Below, piece by piece: positions 1-8,818 of a stretch of DNA of 41,964 nucleotides. Location of the stretch: positions 1 through 41,964 of the forward strand of contig CAZSOZ010000007.1 in assembly GCA_964608675.1 (NCBI GenBank), given 5' to 3'. Position numbers and translations under genes: made by a program. The notes beneath the pieces are model-generated. The model saw only the letters and a list, made by a program, of their open reading frames with translations. It ran no database searches and was not told where the DNA came from. Each line of letters starts with the position of its first letter. The stretch's first letter is position 1. The DNA comes from an uncultured archaeon. GTDB lineage: Archaea; Iainarchaeota; Iainarchaeia; Iainarchaeales; 1-14-0-10-31-34.

Positions 1-700
1 TTGTTTCTGTTTCTTTGTTTTTTTCTGTTTTTTTTGTTTGTTCTTCTTTTTTTTCTTCTTGTTCTTTTTCTTCTTTTGTTTCTTGTGTTTTTTGTTCTTT
101 TTTGATTATTTCTTCAAGATTTATTTTGTCCGGAAAAACTGTTCCTGGTTTGACTATCCTTACTTTTACTCCTATTGTCCCAAATTTTGCTTTTGCAGGA
201 GACATTCCATAATCAACTAATTTTGCTTGTTCTCCTATTTTTTTCATGTATCCTTCTGCTATTCTTTGCTTTCTTTTTCTTACTCCTTTTCCACCCAATG
301 CTCCTGATAAAACTATTTCTACTCCTTGCGCTCCTGCTGAAGTAATGTCTCTTGCAGTTCTGTATACTACACTTCTCCAGCTGAATCCTCTTCCTATTAA
401 ACTTGAAATTTTGTCTGCCATTGCTTGTGCATCTAATTCAGGGATTGTTATTTCTTTTATTTCAATTTGAGGGTTTTCAATTTCAAATTTTTCTTCAATA
501 ATTTTTGTAAGTCTTTTTATGTTTGTTCCTCCTTTTCCTATTGCTAGTCCGGGTCTGCTTACATTTAATACAATTCTTGTTACAAGCGGAGTTTTTGCTA
601 TTTCAAGTTTTGTAAAACCTGCTTTTTCCAGTTCTTTTTTCAGGTAATTTTCCATTTCAATTCTTTTTATTCCCTGTTTTATGAATGTTCTTTCAATCAT
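1..700 (-). CDS. rps3: 30S ribosomal protein uS3 (3' end runs off the window)
   Basis: Not in the ORF track because no stop falls in the window. ATG at 700 directly after the uL22 stop reads MIERTFIKQGIKRIEMENYLKKELEKAGF...RPGLAIGKGGTNIKRL (KH-domain GxxG); it ends in a K/E-rich tail. Confidence 0.95.
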   Translation of the reverse strand, partial: MIERTFIKQGIKRIEMENYLKKELEKAGFTKLEIAKTPLVTRIVLNVSRPGLAIGKGGTNIKRLTKIIEEKFEIENPQIEIKEITIPELDAQAMADKISSLIGRGFSWRSVVYRTARDITSAGAQGVEIVLSGALGGKGVRKRKQRIAEGYMKKIGEQAKLVDYGMSPAKAKFGTIGVKVRIVKPGTVFPDKINLEEIIKKEQKTQETKEEKEQEEKKEEQTKKTEKNKETET

Positions 701-1174
701 TTATTTTCCCTCTTGAAGTATTATTTCAATATGTGCTGACTTTCTTTCTCTTGATTTTCCTGCAATTTTTCCTTTTGGCTGATGGCTTACTCTTGTGTAT
801 CCTTTTGATGCAAATCCGTGTTTTACAAACATGTTTTCTGTGTTTAGTCCTTTGTAATCTGCATTTGCTTCAGCGCTTTCAAGCAGACTTAAAAAAATTC
901 TTGTTGTTTTTTCAGGGTATCTTCCTGTTTTTGTGTTTGATTTCGAGTTTCCTTTTCTGTGCGCTACTTTTTTGTTGTATTTTTTTAGGGGCAGAAATTC
1001 TTTTTTTGTTATAATATTTTGTAGGAATTCTTTTGCTCTTTTTAATTTTTTTCCTTTTAATTCTCTTATTATTTCTGTTGAATATTTAACTGAAGCGTTT
1101 GCATTTTTTTTAATGGCTTTTGCTGTAATTTTCCTGTTTATTTTTTTGTGCAGATTATAGTTTTTTTTAACCAT
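701..1174 (-). CDS. rpl22: 50S ribosomal protein uL22 (archaeal type)
   Basis: KKVAHRKG, GRYPEK and HIEIIL motifs; lies between uS19 and uS3. Confidence 0.96.
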   Translation of the reverse strand: MVKKNYNLHKKINRKITAKAIKKNANASVKYSTEIIRELKGKKLKRAKEFLQNIITKKEFLPLKKYNKKVAHRKGNSKSNTKTGRYPEKTTRIFLSLLESAEANADYKGLNTENMFVKHGFASKGYTRVSHQPKGKIAGKSRERKSAHIEIILQEGK

Positions 1175-1178
1175 TTTA

Positions 1179-1580
1179 TCACTTTCTTGCAGTTATTGCT
1201 GTGCTTGATTTTGTTGCTCCTATTCCTGCTTTTCCGTGTAGTAATCTTTTTCTTGTTAAAACCATTTCTCCAAGGTAGTGCCCAAGCATTTCTGGCAGGA
1301 TTTCTTTTACTTCGAATTCTTTTCCGTTGTATACAGCAAATTTTAAACCAATCATTTTTGGAATTACTATTGTGTCTCTGTCATGAGTTCTTATGAGTTT
1401 TGGTTCTTTTCCGTTTTCTTTTATTTTTAATGCTTTTTCTATTTGTTTGTCAAGCTTTTTGTTTTGGTTTCTTTTAAGGCTTCTTCTTGCCCTTGAATTA
1501 ACTAATTTTGAAAATTCTTCTGTGTTCATTTTCTGTAGTTCTTCTATTGTTTTTCCTTTGAACATAAAAATTTTTGCCAT
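1179..1580 (-). CDS. rps19: 30S ribosomal protein uS19
   Basis: SRARRSLKR, IRTHDRD, VYNGKEF, EMLGHYLGE, HGKAGIGAT motifs. Confidence 0.97.
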   Translation of the reverse strand: MAKIFMFKGKTIEELQKMNTEEFSKLVNSRARRSLKRNQNKKLDKQIEKALKIKENGKEPKLIRTHDRDTIVIPKMIGLKFAVYNGKEFEVKEILPEMLGHYLGEMVLTRKRLLHGKAGIGATKSSTAITARK

Positions 1581-1587
1581 TATTCAT

Positions 1588-2310
1588 TCACCTTTTTTTT
1601 CTTCCTGTTCTTTTTGATGCAATTGCTCCTACTTTTCTTCCAGGTGGAGCATGTCTTGAAGTACTTTTGCTTTTTCCTGGATGGTGTTGTGCTCCTCCGA
1701 ATGGATGCGAATCAGGATTCATTGCCACTCCTCTTACTCTTGGATAAGGCTTTGATTTTGATTTCATTAAATGGAATGCTTTTCCTGCTTTAACTAATGG
1801 TTTTTCCTGTCTTCCCCCTCCAGCTACACAGCCTATTGTGGCTCTGCATTCAGGAAGCAGGCCAATTTTTTTTCCTGATGAAAGTTTAACGTAAACGTTT
1901 TTTGAGTCTTTTGATAAAATTAATGCATATGCTCCTGCGCTTCTTATTAATTTTCCTCCGTCTCCTGGAGTTAATTCAATATTAAATATCGGACACCCTT
2001 CAGGAATTTCTTTTATTGGACAGACGTTCCCTAGTTCGATTGACGCATTTTTTCCGTATTCAATTGTTTTTCCTGTTGCAATTCCTTCTGGCGCGTAAAC
2101 TGTTTCTTTTGAATTGTCTTCAAAAGTGATTTCTGCCAATACTCCTGTTTTTCCTTTATCTCTAAGTATTTTTGTTATTTCTCCTTTTATTTTGTCTTTC
2201 TTTTGTTTTTTTTCGTATGTAATGTATTTTATTTTGTGTTTTGCTTTATGGGTTGCCCTGTATTTTGGGGAGCCTTTTCCTGCTTTTTGTAGTTTTATTC
2301 TTCTTCCCAT
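1588..2310 (-). CDS. rpl2: 50S ribosomal protein uL2
   Basis: Start reassigned to MGRRIKLQ (ATG 2310); PRVRGVAMNPDSHPFGG and APPGRKVG motifs. Confidence 0.97.
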   Translation of the reverse strand: MGRRIKLQKAGKGSPKYRATHKAKHKIKYITYEKKQKKDKIKGEITKILRDKGKTGVLAEITFEDNSKETVYAPEGIATGKTIEYGKNASIELGNVCPIKEIPEGCPIFNIELTPGDGGKLIRSAGAYALILSKDSKNVYVKLSSGKKIGLLPECRATIGCVAGGGRQEKPLVKAGKAFHLMKSKSKPYPRVRGVAMNPDSHPFGGAQHHPGKSKSTSRHAPPGRKVGAIASKRTGRKKR

Positions 2311-2311
2311 T

Positions 2312-2581
2312 TTACAATACACCTAATTTTATTGCTATATCTCCTGCTTTGAATTCTTTGTTTAATTTAACTATTGCTTTTTTTCTTCCTTTTCTGTCTT
2401 TTATAATTCTTACGTTATCAACTTTTACGCTGTATGTTTTTTCAATTTTTTCTTTTATTTTTTGTTTTTCTGCTTTTTGGTTTACAATAAATATTATTTT
2501 GTTTTCTGCTTCAATCAAATTAACTGCTTTCTCTGAAATCAATGGATGAATTATTATTTGATGTTCTTTGATTCTATTCAT
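2312..2581 (-). CDS. rpl23: 50S ribosomal protein uL23
   Basis: PLISEKA, ENKIIFIV, KKAIVKL, IAIKLG motifs; synteny. Confidence 0.95.
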   Translation of the reverse strand: MNRIKEHQIIIHPLISEKAVNLIEAENKIIFIVNQKAEKQKIKEKIEKTYSVKVDNVRIIKDRKGRKKAIVKLNKEFKAGDIAIKLGVL

Positions 2582-3381
2582 TTTTTATCACTTAAATATT
2601 TTATTGCGTTTTCTGTCCATATAGTAAGTCTTCCTGCACTGCTTCCCGGCGCAAGAAGTTTGGCGTTTAAATTTTTTGCTGTTGAAATATCTACTCCTTC
2701 AAGGTTTCTTGCGCTTTTTGTTATTCCTGCTTTTTCTCCTGTTATAATCAATAAACTTTTTGCTTTCTTGTATTTTCTTCCTCGTCTTTTTCCTTTTCCT
2801 GCTCTTATAATTTTTCTTTTTTTTGCTCTTTCAATATCATCCAGCAAATTAAGTTTTTTGAGTATTTCTTTTACTTCTTTTGTTTTTATTTTTTTTTCAA
2901 AATCGTTTTCTATTATTATCGGAAAAATTATTCCGTCTGCTTTGTGTCCTCTTTTTTGAATTAATTCTTTTTTTGCTGTTGCAGCTATTGCTGACTCTAG
3001 AGCTTTCTTTTTTTCTTTTTTGTTTATTTTTTCCTTTATTTTTTTGTCTGCATGGGGAGGAAAAGCTTTTGGTCCTTTTACAGCTCCTGAAATTCCTGCT
3101 ACTTTTCCATACAATAAATATCTCCTGTTTTTTGTTCTGGGCCTTCTGGCTTTTCCTGTGTTAATGCTTTTTTTTACAGTAGGGGGTTCTCTTATTCCAA
3201 CGTATTCTGCGGTTGTTTTTCTTCCGCTCCAGGGATCCCCTCCTTTTGGCTGTAATGCATTTGATTCAATTGAAAGCACTGCTCTTTTAATTAATTCTGG
3301 TTCGTATGCTGTTTCAAATACTTCCGGCAGTTCAATTTCTTTGATTTTTTTTCCGTTTATAGACAATACTTGTGCTTTCAT
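2578..3381 (-). CDS. rpl4: 50S ribosomal protein uL4
   Basis: IELPEVF, IRAGKGKRRGR, ARNLEGVD, LLAPG..GRLTIWTE motifs. Confidence 0.96.
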   Translation of the reverse strand: MKAQVLSINGKKIKEIELPEVFETAYEPELIKRAVLSIESNALQPKGGDPWSGRKTTAEYVGIREPPTVKKSINTGKARRPRTKNRRYLLYGKVAGISGAVKGPKAFPPHADKKIKEKINKKEKKKALESAIAATAKKELIQKRGHKADGIIFPIIIENDFEKKIKTKEVKEILKKLNLLDDIERAKKRKIIRAGKGKRRGRKYKKAKSLLIITGEKAGITKSARNLEGVDISTAKNLNAKLLAPGSSAGRLTIWTENAIKYLSDKK

Positions 3382-3388
3382 TTTTTTA

Positions 3389-4351
3389 TCACTTTAAAAT
3401 ATTTACTTCCACTATTTTCAGTTTGTTTTCTTCTGCTTTTCTTATAGGAAACCTTAATGCAATACATCTTTTGGGTGTTCCGGGAACAGAGCCTGCAACC
3501 AAAACAAAATCATTTTTTGTTTTTCCGTAATTTTTTATTTCATTTAATTCTTTGCCTTCTCCTATAAGAAGCACTTTTTTGTTGTATTCTGTTCTTGTAT
3601 GGTAGCCCATTTGTCCGGGTCTTGCAACAGTGTACATTACTGTTGAAGGATTCCAGGGGGAAATTGCTCCAACAGCTCTTCTTTTTTTTGCTTTTGGCCT
3701 TTCCATTTTTATTCCAAATCTTTTGATTACTCCCTGCATGCCTTTTCCTTTTGTTACTGCTTTTGTGTCAACAAACTGCATTTCTTTAAATACTTCATTT
3801 ACTTTTATTTCTTTTCCGATTTTTTCTTTTGCGAATTCAAATTGTTTTGTTTTTTCTCCTGATATTCTTATTTCGCTTATGTCCGGCTTTTTTTTTCCGA
3901 ATCCGGTTTCATACGGCTGAGTGTGAACAATTAAACTCACATAGTCTGCTTGTGCAAGTTTTTTTTCTAATTCTTCTATTGAATGCTTTTTTTTCTTTTT
4001 TAAAATATTCTTTATTTTTCTTTGAAGCTGTTTTTCGTTTTTTTCGGTTATTGCTTCTCCTAAAACTTTTTTTCCTTCAGTGGTTTTTTTATATAATCTG
4101 ATTCCAAAAACTTTTATTGGAGGGCATTCAATTATTGTTCCTGAAAAAATTTCTTCCTGCCCGAAATTTTTTGATTTTTTTTGATCGTTTTTTGCAGTGA
4201 ATGAAATCATTCCTGCTTTATAACCTAAAAAATTTAAAGGCTTTGTTTCTTCTGATTCAGGGAAAGTCTGGAAAGTAGGTGTTTCTTTTTTTGCCTTCTT
4301 TCTTGGATAGTATGCCATTGACCCTGAATGCGGTTTGTGTTTTTTTCCCAT
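3389..4351 (-). CDS. rpl3: 50S ribosomal protein uL3
   Basis: GSMAYYPRK, GYKAGM, TKGKGMQGVIKRFG, GQMGYHTRTEYNK motifs. Confidence 0.97.
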   Translation of the reverse strand: MGKKHKPHSGSMAYYPRKKAKKETPTFQTFPESEETKPLNFLGYKAGMISFTAKNDQKKSKNFGQEEIFSGTIIECPPIKVFGIRLYKKTTEGKKVLGEAITEKNEKQLQRKIKNILKKKKKHSIEELEKKLAQADYVSLIVHTQPYETGFGKKKPDISEIRISGEKTKQFEFAKEKIGKEIKVNEVFKEMQFVDTKAVTKGKGMQGVIKRFGIKMERPKAKKRRAVGAISPWNPSTVMYTVARPGQMGYHTRTEYNKKVLLIGEGKELNEIKNYGKTKNDFVLVAGSVPGTPKRCIALRFPIRKAEENKLKIVEVNILK

Positions 4352-4494
4352 TAAATCACTTTTTACTTCAACTATCTAGCATAGCGAAGTTGTAAAGCCA
4401 AAAAATGCTGTTAAAAAGCAATCATTAGCATTTATGTTCCTTTCAGAACACAGTCTACTATTAAAAGTAGTAATACTATTTTTCTCAAAAAACT

Positions 4495-4508
4495 TATTTA
4501 AAGCTTTC
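4495..4508 (-). promoter_or_regulatory. Putative BRE/TATA promoter of the uL3 operon
   Basis: Minus strand reads GAAAGCTTTAAATA about 145 nt upstream of the rpl3 ATG; the same TTTAAATA box precedes tuf and the surface-protein gene. Confidence 0.55.
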
Positions 4509-4513
4509 TGTTT

Positions 4514-7378
4514 TCATCTTTTTGCAACAAGTATTACTACTATAATTATTATTATGATTAATCCGATTACTGCTCCTGCATTTTCTGCAAGTGAAATTAA
4601 TGCAGTGCTTATTCCGGTTTCTTTGAATTCTGCGATTTTATTAATTGTTTTTCCGTTATCTAATTCAAGTTTTACAGGAATATCTTGTTCCATTTCTTTT
4701 CCGTTTGTTTTCAAAGCAAACACGAATTCTTTTTTTGTTTCTTCTTTAACTTCAATTGTTGTATCCCCTTCTAATTTCCAGTCTTCCGGCAGTTCAATTA
4801 TAATGTTTCCCTGAATTTCTTCTTTGCTTTGGTTGTCTACAACTATTTTTAATTCAAGTTCATTTAATACGCTTCTTGTTGTTTCAGCTGAAACTTTTAT
4901 TTTTTCTGTGTCTTCTGTTGCTGTCAGCCTTATTTCTTTTTCACTTCTTTTTCCAAGTGATTCAACAACTAAAACAGTGTTGTATTCCCCTGTTTTTTCA
5001 GCTTTAATGCTTAAGCTGACTGTTCTGTCTGAATAAGCAGGAATAACAATGCTTTTTTCATTGGCTTTTAATTCTTCTGGCACAATCATAAAAATATTAA
5101 ATTTTCTGCTTGTTCCTGAATTATTTATTAAAGTAAAAGAAATGCTGTCTTCTAACGCAATTGTTTTTTCTCTTGGATATCCTGTTATTTCAAATGCAGT
5201 TGTTGAAGAAATAATTTTTGTGGTTTCTGATTTAATATTGCATCTGTCTATTGATATATCATAAACCAGAAAACTTTCTGTTCCTTCAAGCAGTTCAATT
5301 TCGATTGTTTTTGTTACAGTGTAATTTGCAGGAACTTCAATTAAATAAGGGCTTACACTTAAATTTGTTCCGCTGATTCTTATTTCAGCTCTTTTATTTA
5401 ATGGATTATCAATATTCAATGTTATTGTTTCTTTTCCTAAAACACTTTTAATGCTTGGAGCATTCAACGAAAAATCAATGCATGAACTTTCTTCTCTATT
5501 TACTCTTACAGTGAAATTTTTTCTTCCAATATCTGAAGCAGAACAATATTCTGCTCCTGAATAATGCCCTGAAACTTCAATGAAAACAGTTGCAGTTCCT
5601 GTTTTGTTTCCTGTAATTTTTGCAGTAATTGTTCTTGTTCCGTTTTCTGAAACAGAAGAAGGATAATAGTATTCGCTTGAATTTATTTCTGATGCATTAT
5701 CGTAAACATTAACTGAATCAACGTAAAATTTTTGATTTGCATTATTGGTTATTTCAAAATCAAAATTTTTTGTTTCTCCTTCTTTTAAAGAAACCGTTCT
5801 TGTTAATACATTTATTTCTCTGCAGTCTGATTCAAAGAAATCTTTGTTATTTATTCTTGCATTAAATCTTTTCTGTGTATCAGAAAAAGTGCATTGTCTT
5901 CCGTCTTCAAATTCTCCTTTTACTTTAAAGTAAGCTGTAATAATTTTGTCTGTGCTTACATTTTCAGTATTGATTTTAAATGAAACATTTCTTTCAGTGT
6001 AAGCAGGAATATAACTTGAATAATCTATTCCAGTAAAATTTAAGTAAGGAGAACTTTCTTCAAAGTCAACTCCATTAAAACTGTCAATGTAAAATCTTTC
6101 TCCTGAATTGTTTTTAATTGAAAAATAAAAAGAAGAAAAATCATTTTCTTCCATGCTTAAATCTCTTGTATTTAAAACCAAATCATTGCAGTTTCCTTCA
6201 AAGAAATCGTTTTCTACAGTTAAATTAATTATTTCTTCTCCTATTTCAGAATAAGAACAATGATCTCCGCCTGAATAATGTCCTGAAACCCTTAATCTAA
6301 TTGTTCCTTCTTTGTCAAAAGAAACGTTTTCGCTTTCAACTTTGTAGGTGAATTCTTTTTCAGAATTTCCAGGAATCAATGTTGGCTTGTATGTTTCAAA
6401 TGCATTAAAAAAACTGCTTGTTTCAACAACATCAAACGAATCAACGTAAAAAGAAGTATCAGAATAATTTTTTGTTTTAAAAGAAAAATATTCTGTGGAA
6501 TTTTCGTTCATTCTTTCATTTGAAGCAATAATTACTATGTCTTTGCATGACTGGAATGCATTATTCTGTATTTTAACCAGAAAATCTTCTTTAATGTTTG
6601 AACAATTTTTTCCATTATAAAACTCTCCTTCCAGTTCAAGTGTTGCTGAATCAGTTTTATCTGAATTCACTTCATTTGTTTCAAACCTGAATCTCACTTC
6701 TCCTGTGCTTCCTGCAGCAATAGAAGAATCTTTTGAAACAAGATATGTATTAAAATAGTCTTCTCCGAAAATTCTTGCGTTGTGTATTTCAAATCTTTCC
6801 TCTGAATTATTTCTTATAGTAAAACTGATTGTTTTTGTTGTGTTTTCGTTCATTGCAACAGTTTTGTTGTCAATTTCTATGTCAGAACAGAAAGCGTCTG
6901 TTCTGGGCAAAACTTGGTTAATAAAAGCAGAATGCCAGTCTTTTCTTGAGTAATCCAAGGCACTTCTTGCATAAACTACTACTTCATAAGAAGAATATCT
7001 GTCGTCTGCATAAAACGCATTATTCCAGTTAACTTCAAGATAATTTAATTGATAAACATAATAAGTTTTTACAGAAGTTTTTTTGAGGTAAATTCCGTCT
7101 CCGTAAACTTCTGTCCAAACCTGGATTTGATCGTAAGGGTCATAAACAGTATCATAATATGGGTAAACATCATAATAGTAATCAACAAAAACACTGGCTT
7201 TTATGTCGATTGCGTCTCCGTCTCTTGCAGTAATTGAACTATTATATCCAAAACTATAATCGCTGTTTAACTGAACATAATCAACTGTCGGATAATACGG
7301 ATAATAAGTATTTACGACAGCAAAAGCATTACTTAAAATAAATAAAAAAAGAATCAATACTGCAGTTTTTTTCTTCAT
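4514..7378 (-). CDS. Large membrane-anchored surface protein with tandem Cys-flanked Ig-like repeats (954 aa)
   Basis: Start moved to MKKKTAVLILFLFILSNAFA (signal peptide, GGAGG upstream); beta-rich repeats of about 115 aa, many N-x-S/T sequons, C-terminal TM helix AVIGLIIIIIIVVILVAKR. Confidence 0.85.
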   Translation of the reverse strand: MKKKTAVLILFLFILSNAFAVVNTYYPYYPTVDYVQLNSDYSFGYNSSITARDGDAIDIKASVFVDYYYDVYPYYDTVYDPYDQIQVWTEVYGDGIYLKKTSVKTYYVYQLNYLEVNWNNAFYADDRYSSYEVVVYARSALDYSRKDWHSAFINQVLPRTDAFCSDIEIDNKTVAMNENTTKTISFTIRNNSEERFEIHNARIFGEDYFNTYLVSKDSSIAAGSTGEVRFRFETNEVNSDKTDSATLELEGEFYNGKNCSNIKEDFLVKIQNNAFQSCKDIVIIASNERMNENSTEYFSFKTKNYSDTSFYVDSFDVVETSSFFNAFETYKPTLIPGNSEKEFTYKVESENVSFDKEGTIRLRVSGHYSGGDHCSYSEIGEEIINLTVENDFFEGNCNDLVLNTRDLSMEENDFSSFYFSIKNNSGERFYIDSFNGVDFEESSPYLNFTGIDYSSYIPAYTERNVSFKINTENVSTDKIITAYFKVKGEFEDGRQCTFSDTQKRFNARINNKDFFESDCREINVLTRTVSLKEGETKNFDFEITNNANQKFYVDSVNVYDNASEINSSEYYYPSSVSENGTRTITAKITGNKTGTATVFIEVSGHYSGAEYCSASDIGRKNFTVRVNREESSCIDFSLNAPSIKSVLGKETITLNIDNPLNKRAEIRISGTNLSVSPYLIEVPANYTVTKTIEIELLEGTESFLVYDISIDRCNIKSETTKIISSTTAFEITGYPREKTIALEDSISFTLINNSGTSRKFNIFMIVPEELKANEKSIVIPAYSDRTVSLSIKAEKTGEYNTVLVVESLGKRSEKEIRLTATEDTEKIKVSAETTRSVLNELELKIVVDNQSKEEIQGNIIIELPEDWKLEGDTTIEVKEETKKEFVFALKTNGKEMEQDIPVKLELDNGKTINKIAEFKETGISTALISLAENAGAVIGLIIIIIIVVILVAKR

Positions 7379-7441
7379 CAAATTCCTCCAAAAAAACACT
7401 ACTCTTAAGTAGTAAATTATATATAAGTCTGTAATTTAAGT

Positions 7442-7449
7442 TATTTAAA
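7442..7449 (-). promoter_or_regulatory. Putative TATA box of the surface-protein gene
   Basis: TTTAAATA on the minus strand about 65 nt upstream of ATG 7378. Confidence 0.45.
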
Positions 7450-7557
7450 TATATGTTTGAAAGTTTTTTTTCTTTTTTATATTTTTTGTAGTCGTTTTTT
7501 TCTATTTTGCTTTTTTAACCATTGCTTTTTTAATAAACAAAAAACAATTGTCTTTTT

Positions 7558-8814
7558 ATGCCTAAAAAAACAAAGCCTTTGAATATTTTTTCTATTGGAG
7601 AATATCCTCCTTTTCCCGGCGGGGCAGCAATAAGCGGGCTTCAGGTCTGTCAGGAATTAAACAAGTTAGGTCATAAGATTACTGTTTTTACTCAGGAATA
7701 TAATAATGAGCCAATGCCTAAATATGCTGGAATAAAATTTGTTCCAGTGAAAACAAAACATGTTTTGGATGTTGATATCAAGACAGTTGAACTGGTTAGA
7801 TGGAAAAGGCAGTTTAAAGGCTTTGGCGGAAGAATAGCCAAAATTCCTTTTTTGAATGCAATAAAAAAAGAAATGAAATTACGCAAGCCGGATGTAATTA
7901 TTGTGAATTACGGCGTCCCTTATGCAAACTTTGTAATGTCTTTTGCAAAAAGGAATAAAATCCCTGTAATAACTGTTTTGAGGGGATCAGATGTTCATGT
8001 TCTTCCTTTAAAGGGATACAATAAAACAAAGAAAACTATTTTAAGGGCGTATAAAAAAGCAGACGCAATAATAACTGTTTCAGATTACCTTAGGAATATA
8101 CTTAAAGAAATAGGGATAAAAAAAGCAAAAACAATAAGAACTTCTCCTGACACGAAACAATTTTTTCCTCTAAAGAAAACAGAAATAATTAAAGAAAGAA
8201 AAAAATTAAACATTCCTTTGAATGCAACTGTTTTTATTCACACATCTACTTTAAAGCCTGTAAAATCTCCTTTACTGATTGTGAAGGCAGCAGAAATTGC
8301 ATTAAAAAAGAATCCAAATATGTATTTTCTTGTTATCGGCGAAGGCGAGTTAGGTCCTGAAATGAGAAAAATGGTTAACAGAAAAGGACTTAAAAGCAGG
8401 TTCAGGTTTTTAGGCTGGTGTAATCAATCACAGGTAAGAAAATATCTTGGTTTATCTGATGCGTTGGTTATGGCTTCAAAAAGAGAAGGCCTGCCAAGAG
8501 CAGTGCTTGAAGCAATTGCAATGGCAAAACCGGTTATTTCCAGCAGAGCAGGCGGAATCCCTGAAATAGTTTTTCACAATAAAACAGGATTTTTATACAA
8601 GCATGGCGATATAAATGCATTAGCTAATTATATGAATTCAATGACTAACAAAAAAACAAGAGAAAGGCTTTCGGCTGAAACCATCAGGCATGCAAAAAAA
8701 ATGTCTATTTCAGAACTTGGAAAAAAATATAATGACCTTGTCCTAAAAGTTGTTGAAAAAAGAAAAAGAAAGCCTTCTATAATTAAAAGAATTTTCAGGT
8801 TTAAAACAAAATAA
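7558..8814 (+). CDS. Glycosyltransferase family 4 (GT-B), unusually basic
   Basis: EYPPFPGGA, LNKLGHKITV, LRGSDV, SKREGLPRAVLEAIAMAKPVISSRAGGIPEIV (E-x7-E motif). Confidence 0.93.
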   Translation: MPKKTKPLNIFSIGEYPPFPGGAAISGLQVCQELNKLGHKITVFTQEYNNEPMPKYAGIKFVPVKTKHVLDVDIKTVELVRWKRQFKGFGGRIAKIPFLNAIKKEMKLRKPDVIIVNYGVPYANFVMSFAKRNKIPVITVLRGSDVHVLPLKGYNKTKKTILRAYKKADAIITVSDYLRNILKEIGIKKAKTIRTSPDTKQFFPLKKTEIIKERKKLNIPLNATVFIHTSTLKPVKSPLLIVKAAEIALKKNPNMYFLVIGEGELGPEMRKMVNRKGLKSRFRFLGWCNQSQVRKYLGLSDALVMASKREGLPRAVLEAIAMAKPVISSRAGGIPEIVFHNKTGFLYKHGDINALANYMNSMTNKKTRERLSAETIRHAKKMSISELGKKYNDLVLKVVEKRKRKPSIIKRIFRFKTK

Positions 8815-8818
8815 TTAG

